DNA of 64,000 bases from Mobula hypostoma. Lineage: Eukaryota. The position numbers were made by a program, and so were the translations under genes. The notes under the pieces are model-generated. The model was not told the DNA's origin. It searched no databases and was given only the letters and a program-made list of their open reading frames with translations. The stretch lies in NCBI RefSeq assembly GCF_963921235.1, contig NC_086097.1:148802001-148866000 (forward strand). The letters are read 5' to 3'. Below, piece after piece: positions 26,091-38,894 of the stretch. Each line of letters begins with the position of its first letter. Position 1 is the first letter of the stretch.

Positions 26091-26123
26091 ATGAACGGAG
26101 CTATGGCTCTGGCTCCAGCAGAG
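26091..26123 (+). CDS. Exon 1 (coding part) of an unidentified Lys/Glu-rich protein: MNGAMALAPAE
   Basis: ATG with A at -3; donor GAG|gtgagg; phase 0. Confidence 0.75.
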
Positions 26124-26240
26124 GTGAGGCCTTAGAAATAGCAAGAAAAAAAAAGTTCCTATGTATTATTTCAACCCCTCGGGTATTTTCGTGCTTTTGC
26201 CCCTCATGTTATATCTTGCTTGTTTGTATTTGCCCGGCAG

Positions 26241-26280
26241 GGAGAGAGTTTACCTCCTGATTCCGCTTCCTGCTCGACGG
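26241..26280 (+). CDS. Exon 2: GESLPPDSASCST(G)
   Basis: Acceptor ttgcccggcag, donor G|gtgagt; phase 0 to 1. Confidence 0.8.
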
Positions 26281-29018
26281 GTGAGTAGATTTGTTCTTCG
26301 GAGGACTCGCCGAGTGATAACACGCGGTGTTTAATGTTGCCTCCTGGTACACTGAGAAACTAGGTGCCGGACTCCCGCCCTATGCCTGAACCGAATCCCC
26401 ATAACGGAACATCAGTACTTACTGAAGTCGGCACGCTGGCACTGTTTTACCTGTCTGGCACGTACGCACTCCCGCAGGTTGTCCAGTCACCCTGACTTTA
26501 TCCCTTCCTTTCTCTGATATTTGCTCCGTGACTGATGGCTGTGCACGTTTCGTTCTTTTCATTCATCATGACATTGATACATCGCCAAGTGAAAGTGTAA
26601 AAGACTGGTGTTGCTGATCTCAAAGATATATGAACACTGAGTCGCAAAATATTAGGACTAAAGAATAGGGGGAATGAGTGAAATGATTGAGACCATGGAG
26701 GGATTTGGAAGAGGGTAAGAGGTTTAAAAATTGAGTTATGGTTTTAGTGTTTTCAGGTTTCAAAAAATCTTGAAGTGATAAGGATTTATTTAAAATGATT
26801 GCAACAACTTAAAGCTGTGGACTTTTGACCATTATTGGGGGGAGAAGGAAAGACAGGAATGGGCCATAAATGCTGGTCTTGCAATTATGGGAAATGAATT
26901 AAAAACAAAATGATAGTAGTTTCTTGAGAGCAGTGTAAATTCATGAAATGGTAAGCTAATGGGGCAATGCAAGTTAGATGTTCCAAAGTCTTCAGGACAG
27001 TTCAAAGCTATAGCTGTAAATGAATACACAGGGATAGAAAAATATATCAATAATTCTATCAATAATTTTCTTTAAGGGAATAGCATAGATAATTTTTCTT
27101 TTAAAGAGAAACCATTTAAGAAGTCATGCATTAGTGAAATGAAGAGCTTGCATACAGTTTTGAGGTCTGGTCAAGATGATGTATTGAATGAAAATTTGCT
27201 AATGATGCAGATATTAATAAGAAAAAGCAACCAAGGTTGATGCTGATATTTTGTTTCATAAATCAGTGAAATGGGATACAGGAATGAATGCAGATGGATT
27301 TTTGAGATTGAATGGATGACATGCAGTTGGTTAAGGTCTTCTGTTATGGGATATCTAAGTCTGCATAAAATCTTAAGGATTATAACTGAACTCCAAAACA
27401 ACAAAAACTGAGCAGAAAAAGGCTTAAAGAAGCCAATCAAAATACTATTCTGAACAAATGAGGTTAGCTTGAAACATACTGAGAGCTTCACCATTGCAGA
27501 AGGTTGAGCGTAATCAAAAATTGGATTGAATTGCAAATTAGTTTGCGTGTCACAGAATTGTTGATGTTTTGTTGTGAAGCAAATGGATAAGACAGATACT
27601 GGTTCGTCAGAGGTAAAATTACGACTGAAAGCTCAAAACTGCAATCTTGTTACAATATAGAACAATGATGTCCTGGTGAAATATGTGGATAGGTTAGTGC
27701 AAGAAACCTGGGAGATAATACAAAATGATACAAGATACAACATGTTATTTTTCAAAAAATCATCCTAAAAATCAACTCAGATGTCAATGGAAGAGTGTTA
27801 AAACCAAGTGTTGTAATAGTATGGAATGCTGTGTTTCTTGCAGGAATTGATTCAGAATGAAATGATGGAATAAACATAACCATTCAGTTTAGATTTATAA
27901 AAGATTGCTTCTTGACTGCAAAGCAAGAAGAGTATAAGAGTCTGAAAATTGTTATTTATGCATTCAGCATAAATTGATGGTCATAATATTGGGGTAACAA
28001 ATACGAAACTTTATTTTCCAATAATAGACAAAATCATTATCAGAAGAATATATTAGCACTAAGAGTTGATAGAGTGAAAGAAAATGTCAAAAAATAGGAA
28101 ATTTGTTCAGCTGCGTTTCAGTAGAAAACAACATTTTAAATTTTGTAGAACTCCTAACGCGGAGCTCTCCAAGTGCACAAGTTCAGAGAAATGTTTTATG
28201 TGAATTAACAACTAATTTGAATGTGCAGATTAATTGTTGCCTTTGGTATATTAGATTACCTCAATGTTTTGGGGTGAAGACTCAATCATGCCATTCAGTC
28301 TAACACTTAAGTGGTATAGAGAAAAATTAAGTTTTCAATATCTGATGTCCATACATTAAAACATGACTATGTGTTCAGTATTTTGCTGGCTCAATTTAAA
28401 AGTTTCCATGGCTAAATTTCAGTGTAATGGTGCTGGTGTGCTTCCTAACTGTTTTACAACTAACATTGCTGAATAGATTATTTGATCAGCATTTGACTGC
28501 TGTATATGCTGACTGTGAATTTTTGCTATTTTATGAAAACGTGTCAGAGATATGAAATTGCATATTTAGTATCTTTGGCTATCTGATCAGGAAAAATCCA
28601 AAAGAATGCAGTAGTCAGAATGTTGTTTGTAACGATTTGTACAGTAATGATATGATCATGTTATAATTTCAACATTTGGAAGTACGTTTTTAATTGAAGC
28701 TTGGAAACTTTGTAGCTGGTACTGTTTGTGGGTCAAGAAGGTTAAAGGTATATAGGATCCATGATAAGTTAGCCAATTGAGTCCAAAACTGGCTTGGTGA
28801 AAGAAGGGAAAGGATAGCAATGGATGAATGTTTGGAATGTAAGTGTAATTAGTGGCACCCTGCTGGGATCTTTGTTATTTGTGAAATGCATTAATGTTTA
28901 AAATCTAGGTATATGATTTAATAAGTTTGAATAACACAAAACTGGATGCTGGAGATAACAAGGAAGGTTATTTAAGGCTACACCAGGATGTAGATAAAAT
29001 GGACAGTTAGGTGGTGCA

Positions 29019-29595
29019 ACACACATAAAAGTTGCTGGTGAACACAGCAGGCCAGGCAGCATCTCTAGGAAGAAGTACAGTCGACGTTTCGGGCCGAGAC
29101 CTTTCGTCAGGACTAACTGAAAGAAGAGCTAGTAAGAGATTTAAAAGTGGGAGGGGGAGATCCGAAATGATAGGTGAAGACGGGGGTGTGGGGGGGATGG
29201 AGCCAAGAGCTGGACAGTTGATTGGCAAAAGGGATATGAGAGGATCATGGGACAGGAGGCCCAGGGAGAAAGAAAAGGGGGAGGGGGAGCCCAGAGGATG
29301 GGCAAGGGGCATAGTGAGAGGGATAGAGGGAGAAAAAGGAGAGAAAAAGAATGTGTGTATATAAATAAATAACGGATGGGGTACGAGGGGGAGGCGGGGC
29401 ATTAGCAGAAGTTTGAGAAGTCAATGTTCATGCCATCAGGTTGGAGGCTACCCAGAAGGAATATAAGGTGTTGTTCCTCCAACTTGAGTGTGGCTTCATC
29501 TTTACAGTAGAGGAGGCCGTAGATAGACATGTCAGAATGGGATGTGGAATTAAAATGTGTGGCCACTGGGAGATCCTGCTTTCTCTGGTGTACAG
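29019..29595 (-). mobile_element. 5'-truncated Penelope-like element (endonuclease C-terminus plus terminal repeat)
   Basis: Minus strand encodes QDLPVATHFNSTSH..EEQHLIFLLGSLQPDGMNIDFSNF; 14-bp direct repeat agttaggtggtgca at 29005-29018 and 29596-29609. Confidence 0.85.
29079..29114 (-). ncRNA. Minimal type I hammerhead ribozyme motif
   Basis: Minus strand AGTC-CTGACGA-A-AGGTCTCGGCCC-GAAA-CGTC-GACT; one mismatch at the base of stem II. Confidence 0.65.
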
Positions 29596-29986
29596 AGTTA
29601 GGTGGTGCATTAGCAGATTAGTAATGGAAAAATCCTGCAGCCAGCATATGTTGGTGGGGGGCGGGGGGGGGAGGAGATGGTGTGAGGGGAATGGATAGTC
29701 AACATTTTAGGTGGGGTCTTGACCAAAATGTTAACTGTCCATTTTTCCCCCACTAAGCTGCTTAACATGCTTTATTCCTCTGGTATCTTGTCTGTTGCCC
29801 CAGACTGCAGCATCTTCAATCTCTTACTCCAGAAAGAGCCAAGGTACTGTTGTGACTGTGATTAAGCCAGTGAAGATTGAAGCTGATAGATGAAAAAGGA
29901 TAACAAGCAGGCATTCTGGAGGGAACCTTGTATATTGTCTTCTGGGAGAAACATAGTAAAATCTCCCTGAATTGAACTTTAATGTA

Positions 29987-30801
29987 GGGTGGATTCTGGT
30001 TAATTAGGACACATTGGGAGCTATACATTTTAGCCCATTAAGCAGCTGTCCAAATTAACCAAAGTTTTATGGGAATAGTAAAAAGGTATATAAAAAAAAG
30101 ACACAATGCTGCTTAACTGATAATTTATGTATTAATTGAAATGTAGAACAAATTAGATCATCACCATATATCTACAGTACTATAAAACTGTATTAGCTCC
30201 TAAGAGGTTGTCAATGGAGGAATTCATACGTTGTGTTCTTTTGATTACAGTGAATGCATAAAGTCAGTGCAGATACCTGTTGCAGATACTGGACTGCCTT
30301 CATAACCTTAGATGATTGCATCCTCCAAGTATTCATTTCCATTGTAACGTTCCAGATGATTGTCAATATTTTCAAATTGTAATTTTTAACTTGTTGAAGT
30401 AATGAAATTATTTCATTTTCGCTGTCAGCCATTTCTGGCTTCTCAAAGCCTGAATGCTTGAAACATAGCAAAACAGTTCTCAAATGTGTTACTGCTTATT
30501 TCTCGCCAACTATCAGTGACAAAAATCACTGCTTTTTGAACACACATACGCAAATGACACTATTTAAAAACTGTTCGCTCTAAACACAGTGTAGTGTCTA
30601 ATGACTACCCATGTTCACGCGACTGAAGCTAGTTAGAATCTGTTTGGCAAATGTCTCCTGCTGCAGTTAAGCGGCATAGTGTCCCAAGTAAACTAAGGGC
30701 ATCCCGGCTATTTTCTCAATTTAGCTTTTGTTCTTTAAGAGTTGGTCCCAAATAAGTAGCTGCCCCAATTAACTGATGGCCCAATTAACCTTCATCCATT
30801 G
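29987..30801 (-). mobile_element. Non-autonomous pogo/Tigger-like element, second copy
   Basis: TA flanks; TIR gtggattctggttaatt; reverse-complement match to 3415-4206. Confidence 0.7.
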
Positions 30802-31264
30802 TACTTTGAAGGTTATTTTGAGTCTGACAAATGGTACTAAAGGGGTAGGGTTAGCTTTACTCATCAGGAAAACTGCCACAGCAATGGTCAAGCTGGGTTT
30901 GTATAACTTGGGCAATATGGCTAAATTAATAAGGGATGACTGACTACATCAATTGGACTATATTATAGACCTCCCAATAGTCAGCGGAAATTAGAGGAAC
31001 AAATTTGTGGGGAGACAGCAGACAATTGCGAGCAATGTTGTGATAATAGATGATTTAAACCTGCCACATATTGCCACAGACTGTAGTGGTGGCCAAGTCC
31101 ATGTGTATATTTAAGGCAGAAGTTGATCATTTCCTGATTGGTCAGGGCATCAAATGATATGGTGAGAAAACTTGTGTATAGGTTTGAGTGTGATCCAGGA
31201 TCCGCCATGATGGAATGGCAGAGCAGACTTGGTAGGCTGAATGGCCTAATTCTGCTCCTATGTC

Positions 31265-32245
31265 TCCACCAGAACAAGTGCGCCACAAGGCTGTGTGCTT
31301 GGCTCCTTGCTCTACTTGCTTTACATTTGTGACTGTGTGGCTAAGCACAACTCCAATGCCATATGCAAGTTTGCTGATGACATCACTGTCATAGGTCAAA
31401 TCAAAGGTGGTGATAAATCAGCTTAGAGGAGGGAGATTGAAAATTAACAAGAACTTCCTACTTAATGTCAGCAGACCAAGGAGCTGATTATTAACTTCAG
31501 GTGAGCCAGTCCTTGTCGGAGGTTCGGAGGTGGAGAGCATCAGCAACTATAAATTCCTCGGTGTTTGGGCCCAGAATGTAAGTGAAATTATGAAGAAAGC
31601 ACAGCAATGCCTCTACTTCCTTAGGACTTTGTCAAGATTTGATATGATGTCTAAGACTTTAACAAACTTGTTTAGATGTTTGGTAGAAAGTATATTGGCG
31701 GGCTATATCACAACCTAGTATGGAGACACTAATGCCATTGAATGGGAAATGCTGCAAAAAGTAGTTGATATGGCACAGTCCCTCACTGGAAAGCTCTCCC
31801 CATTATCGAGCACATCTACATGAAGTGTTGTTGCAGGAAATTAGCATCCATCATCAGGGGCTCCCACCACACAGGCCATGCTCTTTTCTTACTGATGCCA
31901 TCAGGAGCAAGGTACAGAGCCTCAGGACTTGCACCACCAGGTTCAAGAACAGTTGCTACCCTTCAACTGTAACCAGCAGGCTCTTGAACCACTCAACTTC
32001 ACTTGCCCTGTCTTTGAAATGTACTCACAACCTATAGACTGGCTATCAAGGACTCTTCGTTTCAATTTCTCAATATTGATTGGTTATTTATTTATTTCTT
32101 TTGTATGTGCTGTTTGTTGTCTTTAGTGCACTAGTTAAAGTGCACTCTTTCATTGATTCTATTATGATTATTCTAGTGTGCCCCACAAGAAACAATGCCA
32201 ATATTGTATATGTATGTACTTTGCTAATAAATTTACTTTGAACTT
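31265..32245 (+). mobile_element. Rex1/Babar LINE 3' fragment
   Basis: APQGCVLGSLL, KFADDITVIGQIKGGDKSA, KKAQQCLYFLRTL motifs. Confidence 0.8.
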
Positions 32246-32254
32246 GTGTACATT

Positions 32255-32535
32255 GAAACATATGGTGATATTGCCTTGCATCAACGACCATCACATTCCA
32301 AAGATGGTGCTGGGGGCGCTATCGTGATACCTCCGCTGCCAAAGTAGCTTGCCCACAACTCCCTCACCCTGACCTGTACTGTTCATCTTTGCAATGCTGG
32401 GGGAAACCACAGCACCTGGAGAAAATCGATGTGGACACAAGAACTACAAATTCCCTACAGGCAGTGATGGGACTCGAACCCTGATTGTTGGTGCTGTAAA
32501 GCAATTGCGCTGACTGCTATTTTACCATACCATGC
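32255..32535 (-). mobile_element. V-SINE (HE1-like), degenerate
   Basis: Similar to 8385-8673; B box gggttcgagtccc on minus. Confidence 0.6.
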
Positions 32536-33130
32536 CTGTCTTTCTGTGCTGCCCTAGCCCTTCTTTACCAGATAAATGGGTGCTGTGGAAGTTGGCTAAG
32601 CCTTCTGTTCACTATTCCCCATATAGTCATAGAAAGGTCTCTTGGAATTAAGTTTGATCCCAGTTTCCTCAGCGTAAGCAGCATTCGTGTCTTTTGTTGG
32701 ATGTTCATCTCATCAGGAGTCTTCTCATGAGCACCTTCATGATTATTTTGCTCAGCTCCAGTCACTTTGTTACCACACCTGCGAGGCTGCCTTTGTATGC
32801 TTTGCTCAGCTATGCAAGAGCATGGGTGCGGTGTTAATGCCTTGTGTGCTATAATTTCCTTTCTAATTCTGCTGCTTCATACTATCCATCCACCTCACTA
32901 TGACCTACATTTTCTTGATTATTTCATTTGGCTTGGTCTTGTTTGATTTTAACATTTGTATGGACTTGGAAAAATATCCTAATGCTAAAACTTCTGGTAG
33001 TAGCATTGGAATAGATTTGATTTTCATAATATGGTAACAGTGAAGTCAGTTTTGAAATATTTGCGGAGTTTCCTACCTTTCAACTATAATAGTTTAATTT
33101 GACAACTATTTTTATTTATACCTAAAACAG

Positions 33131-33263
33131 GCTTGAAAGGTGCAATGTCAAAAAATAAGAATAAAGATAAAGCACTCAATAAAACAGACAATGAGGAAGA
33201 GAAAAGTAAAACTCTTAAAAACATTCCACCACTGCTCAACAATGCTGAGAAAGAATTGAGCAG
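33131..33263 (+). CDS. Exon 3: (G)LKGAMSKNKNKDKALNKTDNEEEKSKTLKNIPPLLNNAEKELS(R)
   Basis: Acceptor aaacag, donor AG|gtaata; phase 1 to 2; open frame. Confidence 0.85.
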
Positions 33264-33915
33264 GTAATAATCTAATGAGATTTGTAACAGTAATGTTCTC
33301 TTACAATCTGCTGTCCTGTTTTTTGCCTTCACCACCCTTCTTCCCCAATAGCATTGAATGTGTATAATCTTGATGCAGTTTTCTTCCAAATTCTCTTTAA
33401 TTGCATAAATGTGCTTAATTCTAAAGTGGCTCATTGACTGCCTGCTGTATATAATATTTCTACGTGAAGGTTGGCAGGGCTACATAAGAACACAGTAAGG
33501 TACTTCGTTCCTCTGCCTTTTTTAAAAAAATAATATTCAAAACTCCATCACCCACCCTTTGTGGAAGCAATGAGGAATGTGCAATAAATTCTGGGCGTGT
33601 CCATGAATCCTACATTCCTAACAAAAAATACATTAAAATGACATCTGATATCACCTGTTCTGTGTAACTAATTGCTCACTTCTTGCTGTTTTTTTTTCTT
33701 TTCTAGTGGTTCCTCATGTTGTTGCTATTAATTTGTTAATATTCCAATCTCATAATTGTATATTTGTATTTCTGCCAAAGAAACCTAGCACTAGCCTTCC
33801 AGTCATTCACTTTGTGCATGCATATACTGTGGCATCATTTGCTTTAGAAGATTAATCCAGGATTTGCATTACCCTTTCTAACTTCTACCTTTCTTTAAAA
33901 AAATATGGTTTGCAG

Positions 33916-34015
33916 GAAACGCAAGAATAACATGATAGAAAATAGCCTGAGCAAAATACACAAAGAAGACATTCCAAAGAAGCAGATAAACAAAGAAGTA
34001 AAAATTGATAAAAGT
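33916..34015 (+). CDS. Exon 4: (R)KRKNNMIENSLSKIHKEDIPKKQINKEVKIDKS
   Basis: Acceptor tttgcag, donor gtaagt; phase 2 to 0. Confidence 0.85.
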
Positions 34016-34944
34016 GTAAGTTCCTCTTAAGAATTTTGCCTATGGTCCTTACTTTATCAGGGTTGCTTATTTTTGCACATAAACCAATGATGGAGAGTGT
34101 CACCCTTTTCTGATTCTTGGTGAGCATTCCCATTTCTATTTGAGTGCCAAAGTAATCTAATTTATAAAATGCTTCAATGGCTGGGATTGGTCAATTTGGC
34201 ATACTCTGTAGATCAAAACTAGATCTAGAAATCCAATCATAAGTTTGTTCAATATTCTACAATTGAAAATTGACATTATCCTGAGATAAGCACGATTACT
34301 ATCATTTGTTGGTTGTTTGTCACTTTTTTAAAAGATTCAAGAAGTCATTCTGATGTGAGTCATTATGTTGCTGTTGATGTTATTTTTGCATCAAGCATAC
34401 ATGTGGTATCATTCTTCGTCTCAACATTGAGTAATGAAGTATGTTAGGATAATCACAGTACACTACCTAATACAGTTGCATTAAAACCCCCTTTTAAACA
34501 AGTTACCTACTATTGATCCTTGGAGCCTTCCTGAATCACAATTCTTATAAGACCGAGGCTGTTATTCTCAACCTCCAATTCTTCAACATTTTTGTAGTCA
34601 TGGGCTATGATCAAAGAGCCCCTGGCACCTTGCTGCATTATCTACCTGTGAACGTGTTTACAAATACTGGAATTGTTTGGTCTGTGATGATACAGTTTTG
34701 TTCTATGCAATTTGGTATATTTACTCAAGAATTTCTTAACAAAGCCCTGGAAAAGATGGCTTTTGGAAGCAGAAACTCTGGTAGATCAAGATGAGGAAGT
34801 GATTAAAGAACATCTTTAAGTGCTCAGCTATATGTATTGCATTTCATGTTGCATAAAAGAAGAACACAACTTTTGGTCCAGATAATCCACTTCCCTGCAT
34901 TGAATAATGATGTCTCAATCATTGTATAAAATCATTTTTTACAG

Positions 34945-34994
34945 GAGATCTATAACAAAACAGAAAAGAAAATTAAAGGAAATATGTTGAAGAG
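34945..34994 (+). CDS. Exon 5: EIYNKTEKKIKGNMLK(R)
   Basis: Acceptor ttttttacag, donor AG|gtaaag; phase 0 to 2; the only open frame is the one required. Confidence 0.85.
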
Positions 34995-35417
34995 GTAAAG
35001 AAAAAATTCATACGTAATATTCATGTATTTTCAAAGTTTTCGTTGTACGTTATGCCTGTTCTGAGACACTCATTCAAATGTATCAACTCTTGCTCAACTT
35101 TCAAAAATATTTGTCTATTGTTAAGTGCCAAACATAGAATCCCTTTCTATCAATACTTGTGAAAGAACATTCTGCCTTTGTTATTATGGTAAATACGCTT
35201 CACCTTATTTTCTTTAATGTCTTGCATTTGTGCTATTCACTTCACTGATCAGTTAATTGAAAATCTATTTCCCTTAACTATTCAAAATTCTTCATAATTC
35301 TTTTTACTTCATCTTTTCTTCTTACAAGTTTCTGACCTCTCTTCTCCTTCTGCCCAAAAATATGATCTTAGTATTGTCCTAGTAAATCTTTCCATATTCT
35401 TCCATAGCGTGCACATG

Positions 35418-35924
35418 CACTCAATGGCTGCTTTATCAGATATGCCTATACACTTGCTTGTTAATGCAAATATCTAATCAGCCAATCAGTGCATAAAAGC
35501 GTGCAAACATGGTCAGTTGTTGTTCAGACCAAATAACAAAATGGGAGAGAAATGTGATCTAAGTGACTTGGATTGTGGCGTGATGGTGCCAAATAGGTGG
35601 TTTCTCTATCTCAGAAACTGCTGATCTCCTGGGATTTTCATATACAACAGTCTCCAGTTTATGGAGAATAGTGCGAAAAACTAGGAATATCCAGTGAGTA
35701 GCAATTTTGTGGGCAAAAGCACCTTGTCAATGAGAGAGGTCAGCAGAGAATGGCCGAACTGGTTCAAACTGACAGGAAAGTGACAGAAACACATATTACA
35801 TCAGTGGTGTGCAGAAGAGCACCTCAAACGCACAACATGTCACAGGTTGAAGTGGATGGTTACAGCACTAGAAGATCACATTATTTCCATTTCCGTCCGA
35901 ATAAAGTTGTCTGTCACTGAGTGT
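35418..35924 (+). mobile_element. Non-autonomous Tc1-like element
   Basis: Ends cactcaatgg../..cactgagtg-ta; transposase N-terminal remnant MGEKCDLSDLD. Confidence 0.65.
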
Positions 35925-36792
35925 ATGCCAACTATAGACTAATCAGTAATTTGCATTGAATTACCTTGTAAAAGTGTTTTTGCATTTGTTATTCCTGAAA
36001 TCTTAAGTTTTTTTTAAGAAGAAACTATCTTCATCTTTTGTAGGGGAGAAAAGTGATCTCTGTAAATCCTGAAAAATTTGTTTCTCCAGTCCTCTTATTA
36101 TTTTGAATGTTTTCTTACTCTTGTTCATTTATAGAAAGTTTGTTAAATGTCCACCTATAATTCGCCATGGCTCATCAGACTAAACCTCTGGTCAACTTCA
36201 CATCTTTTATCAGTCTTTAGCACCATGGAATTATGAGTGAATTTCTGTATAAATTGGAAAAATTGTAATACTTGGTCCTCACAGGTGAATAATAAGGAAA
36301 ACCTTGGAGACATTCCTTGGTCATGTCCTTTCTTCAGAATGTGGAGGTATCTAGTAGTGAATATATACTCATCCTAGAAATGGCCAGCAACAAACTATTA
36401 CCAAGCATTTCCACAGCAATCCCATGGGAGGAAGAGCATAACCACATAGAAAATTTACCTTGAAACCTGCTATACCCTCTTCTGAAGGCATTCTTTTCTC
36501 TTCACCTCCCCACACCCCTCTTCTCCCCACCCCCACACCCAAGCTTTGTGATGAGATCAGAGGTTAACCCGTATTCTTTTTGGCCATGGACTATTAAAGC
36601 AGGAAAGTTGTGTGTCCATTAATCAATGCACTCGAGACCATCTCTAGCGTACTGCAAAATATTTTGGTCCTAAGTGGTTGTCTAACTACTTAGATAATTG
36701 TTTTTACGTCATTATAGCCAAATCAGCATTTTTCTACTTGTGTTCTACCTTTTTGCTAGATTGTTGCCTATTCACTAAAGCTATCTATATCT

Positions 36793-37328
36793 ACAGTACT
36801 GTGCAAAAGTCTTGGGCACATGTATAGCTAAGGTGCTTAAGACTTTTGCACAGTACTATAGTAATCTTGTGTATTACATACTTTATGTATATACTGTTAC
36901 CACAAGAAAAACAAATTTCATGACGTATGTGAATGATAAACCTGATTCTGATAATGGGTCTCTATTGTGCATTAAATGGGAAGGGGAGTCATGGTTGGAA
37001 AAGGGGGGAGAGGGGAGCGGGTGGGAAGCACCAGAGATACATTGTGCAATGATCAATAAACCAATTGTTTGGAATCATATTACCTTACATGGTGCCTGGG
37101 CTGGGTGTCGGCACCCGTGCCACCCCTGCCCCCCCCTGCCCCAGCACACTTCCTCTAACACCTGTCCCACGCTCCTCCCGCGGTGCTCCACCCTCATTAT
37201 TCCCAACATCCTTTGCTTTTGACAGATTTATAAACTTACTCTTCACTCCATATTGACAAATACTGTACTGAACAGAAGTCTTAGGCACCCTTACTATAAA
37301 AATCTGGCTAAGACTTTTGAGCAGGAGT
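36793..37328. mobile_element. Tc1-type MITE with palindromic end modules
   Basis: cagtactgtgcaaaagtctt..aagacttttgcacagtact hairpin at 36793-36857 and a decayed similar module at 37262-37328. Confidence 0.6.
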
Positions 37329-37683
37329 GTATATCACTTTAGATCCAAATCTCTTAATTGTTTTTTAATCATATTTAATTTAGTGTGTGTATAAAGAGTC
37401 CTGGAATTTTTAGAAGTCCTTACTAACTATATTAGTGCATCAGCTACTTTATACATCTAACTGATAAATTGATGTCCTCTCATTAGAACTCCCAACCAAT
37501 CTGAAATTTTCTTCTTCCACTAATGCTATCTGACCTGTCTGGTATTTCTGTTTTCTGTTTTTATTTTTGATTGTTTTCCTTTAAGATGCAGTTGCCAGTT
37601 TAAATATTTAAAGTAAAGATTCATTTCAGCACATGGTTTGTTACTTCTATGACTTTTATTTTTGGATTTCTTATTTTGCACAG

Positions 37684-37792
37684 ATCTTCATGCCAGGAAT
37701 CCTTTGAAGATATGCTCTTGGATATGGATGAACAGCTCAAAGAATTCTGTGTCAAGAAACAAAAGAATAAGGATAAAAAGTACAAAAAAAGG
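37684..37792 (+). CDS. Exon 6: (R)SSCQESFEDMLLDMDEQLKEFCVKKQKNKDKKYKKR
   Basis: Acceptor ttttgcacag, donor AGG|gtaatg; phase 2 to 0; lies in ORF 37649-37852. Confidence 0.9.
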
Positions 37793-38894
37793 GTAATGCT
37801 AAACAAAGTTTGGGGAAGGCTATCTGGCCTTCAAATCTATTCCAGTCAGTGACCATAGATTTTTTTTTTTGAAGAATTTATTTTCTTCACTCCCATCCCT
37901 TAATCTCTTTATTTGGGGATTAATCACCTGAGATGGCTCTCTCTGATGTCCACAAGGGGAAGAAAGGACTAGTTTATTAATATGTGAGTCCCAATGTCCC
38001 TTATTATTGATATAAATTCAGCTGTCAAGAGTGCCAGTTTTAATTAACTCTTAGCCCATTTCCAACATGTACCATATGACAAACCTCTTGGAGATGTCTC
38101 CAGCTTCGGACACATTCATATCCCTAAAAGCAGTTGCTGTTCTGGAGGAGAGATATGTTTTTGTGTATTTTATGGCAGGAAAGCAAACCTTATCCAAATT
38201 AAGCAATATAAATGTTTGAGTCTTTTTATCACTTTTATATGCTGCACTTTCATTACATGATGGCCTGTACAGATATTGGGAATCAGGCTTGAGCTGAAAT
38301 GTAAAGCAAAATGAATGTAGATTGAGCAAACCCTGCTTTGATGGTTGCCCATGGCTTTGAGTGAAAGTTTCACCATTTTAAATCCTGCCAGTAGTTCAGG
38401 TTGTTGGTATAAGCAGACCACTTGAATACTATGATTTTAATAAACATGGAAAATATTGGTCAATAAAGACAACCCTTGTATTACATTGACTTTATTCCCA
38501 GGTTAAAGTGAACATTTTTCTGTTTTCTTGATATGGGACTCAAGACTTGTGAAAACTATGAAGTGATTGCCCTAGTCAAGTGTTAAGGGGAAAATGTTGA
38601 TAAATGCAAAAGTGAAACAGATTTTCTAGTAAATTAAGCTGGTAAGTAAATAATACCAAGTTCTACTCTTAGTTTCCACCATGCATATGCAAGACACGAC
38701 AGATGCTGGAATCTGAAATAACACGTAGAATGGAACAGCTCAGCAAGCTAGCAGCATCTATGGAGGGAAATGGACAGCTGACATTCTGGTTCAAGACCCT
38801 TTATTTGGACAAAAACACCAACTGCCCATTTCCTTCCATAGGTGGTGCCTGACATGCAGAGGTTCTCCAGCGCTAGCACCTGATAAACTACATC

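Larger units (their letters stand above)
25940..26560 (+). promoter_or_regulatory. CpG-enriched promoter / first-exon region
   Basis: Non-repeat stretch with many retained CpGs in a CpG-depleted background; overlaps exons 1-2; gggtgggg and gcggccatt motifs upstream of the ATG. Confidence 0.7.

Noticed and set aside
33707..33740. Strong-looking acceptor tttttttcttttctag
   Set aside because: Stop within eight codons in the required phase; exon 3 joins cleanly to 33916
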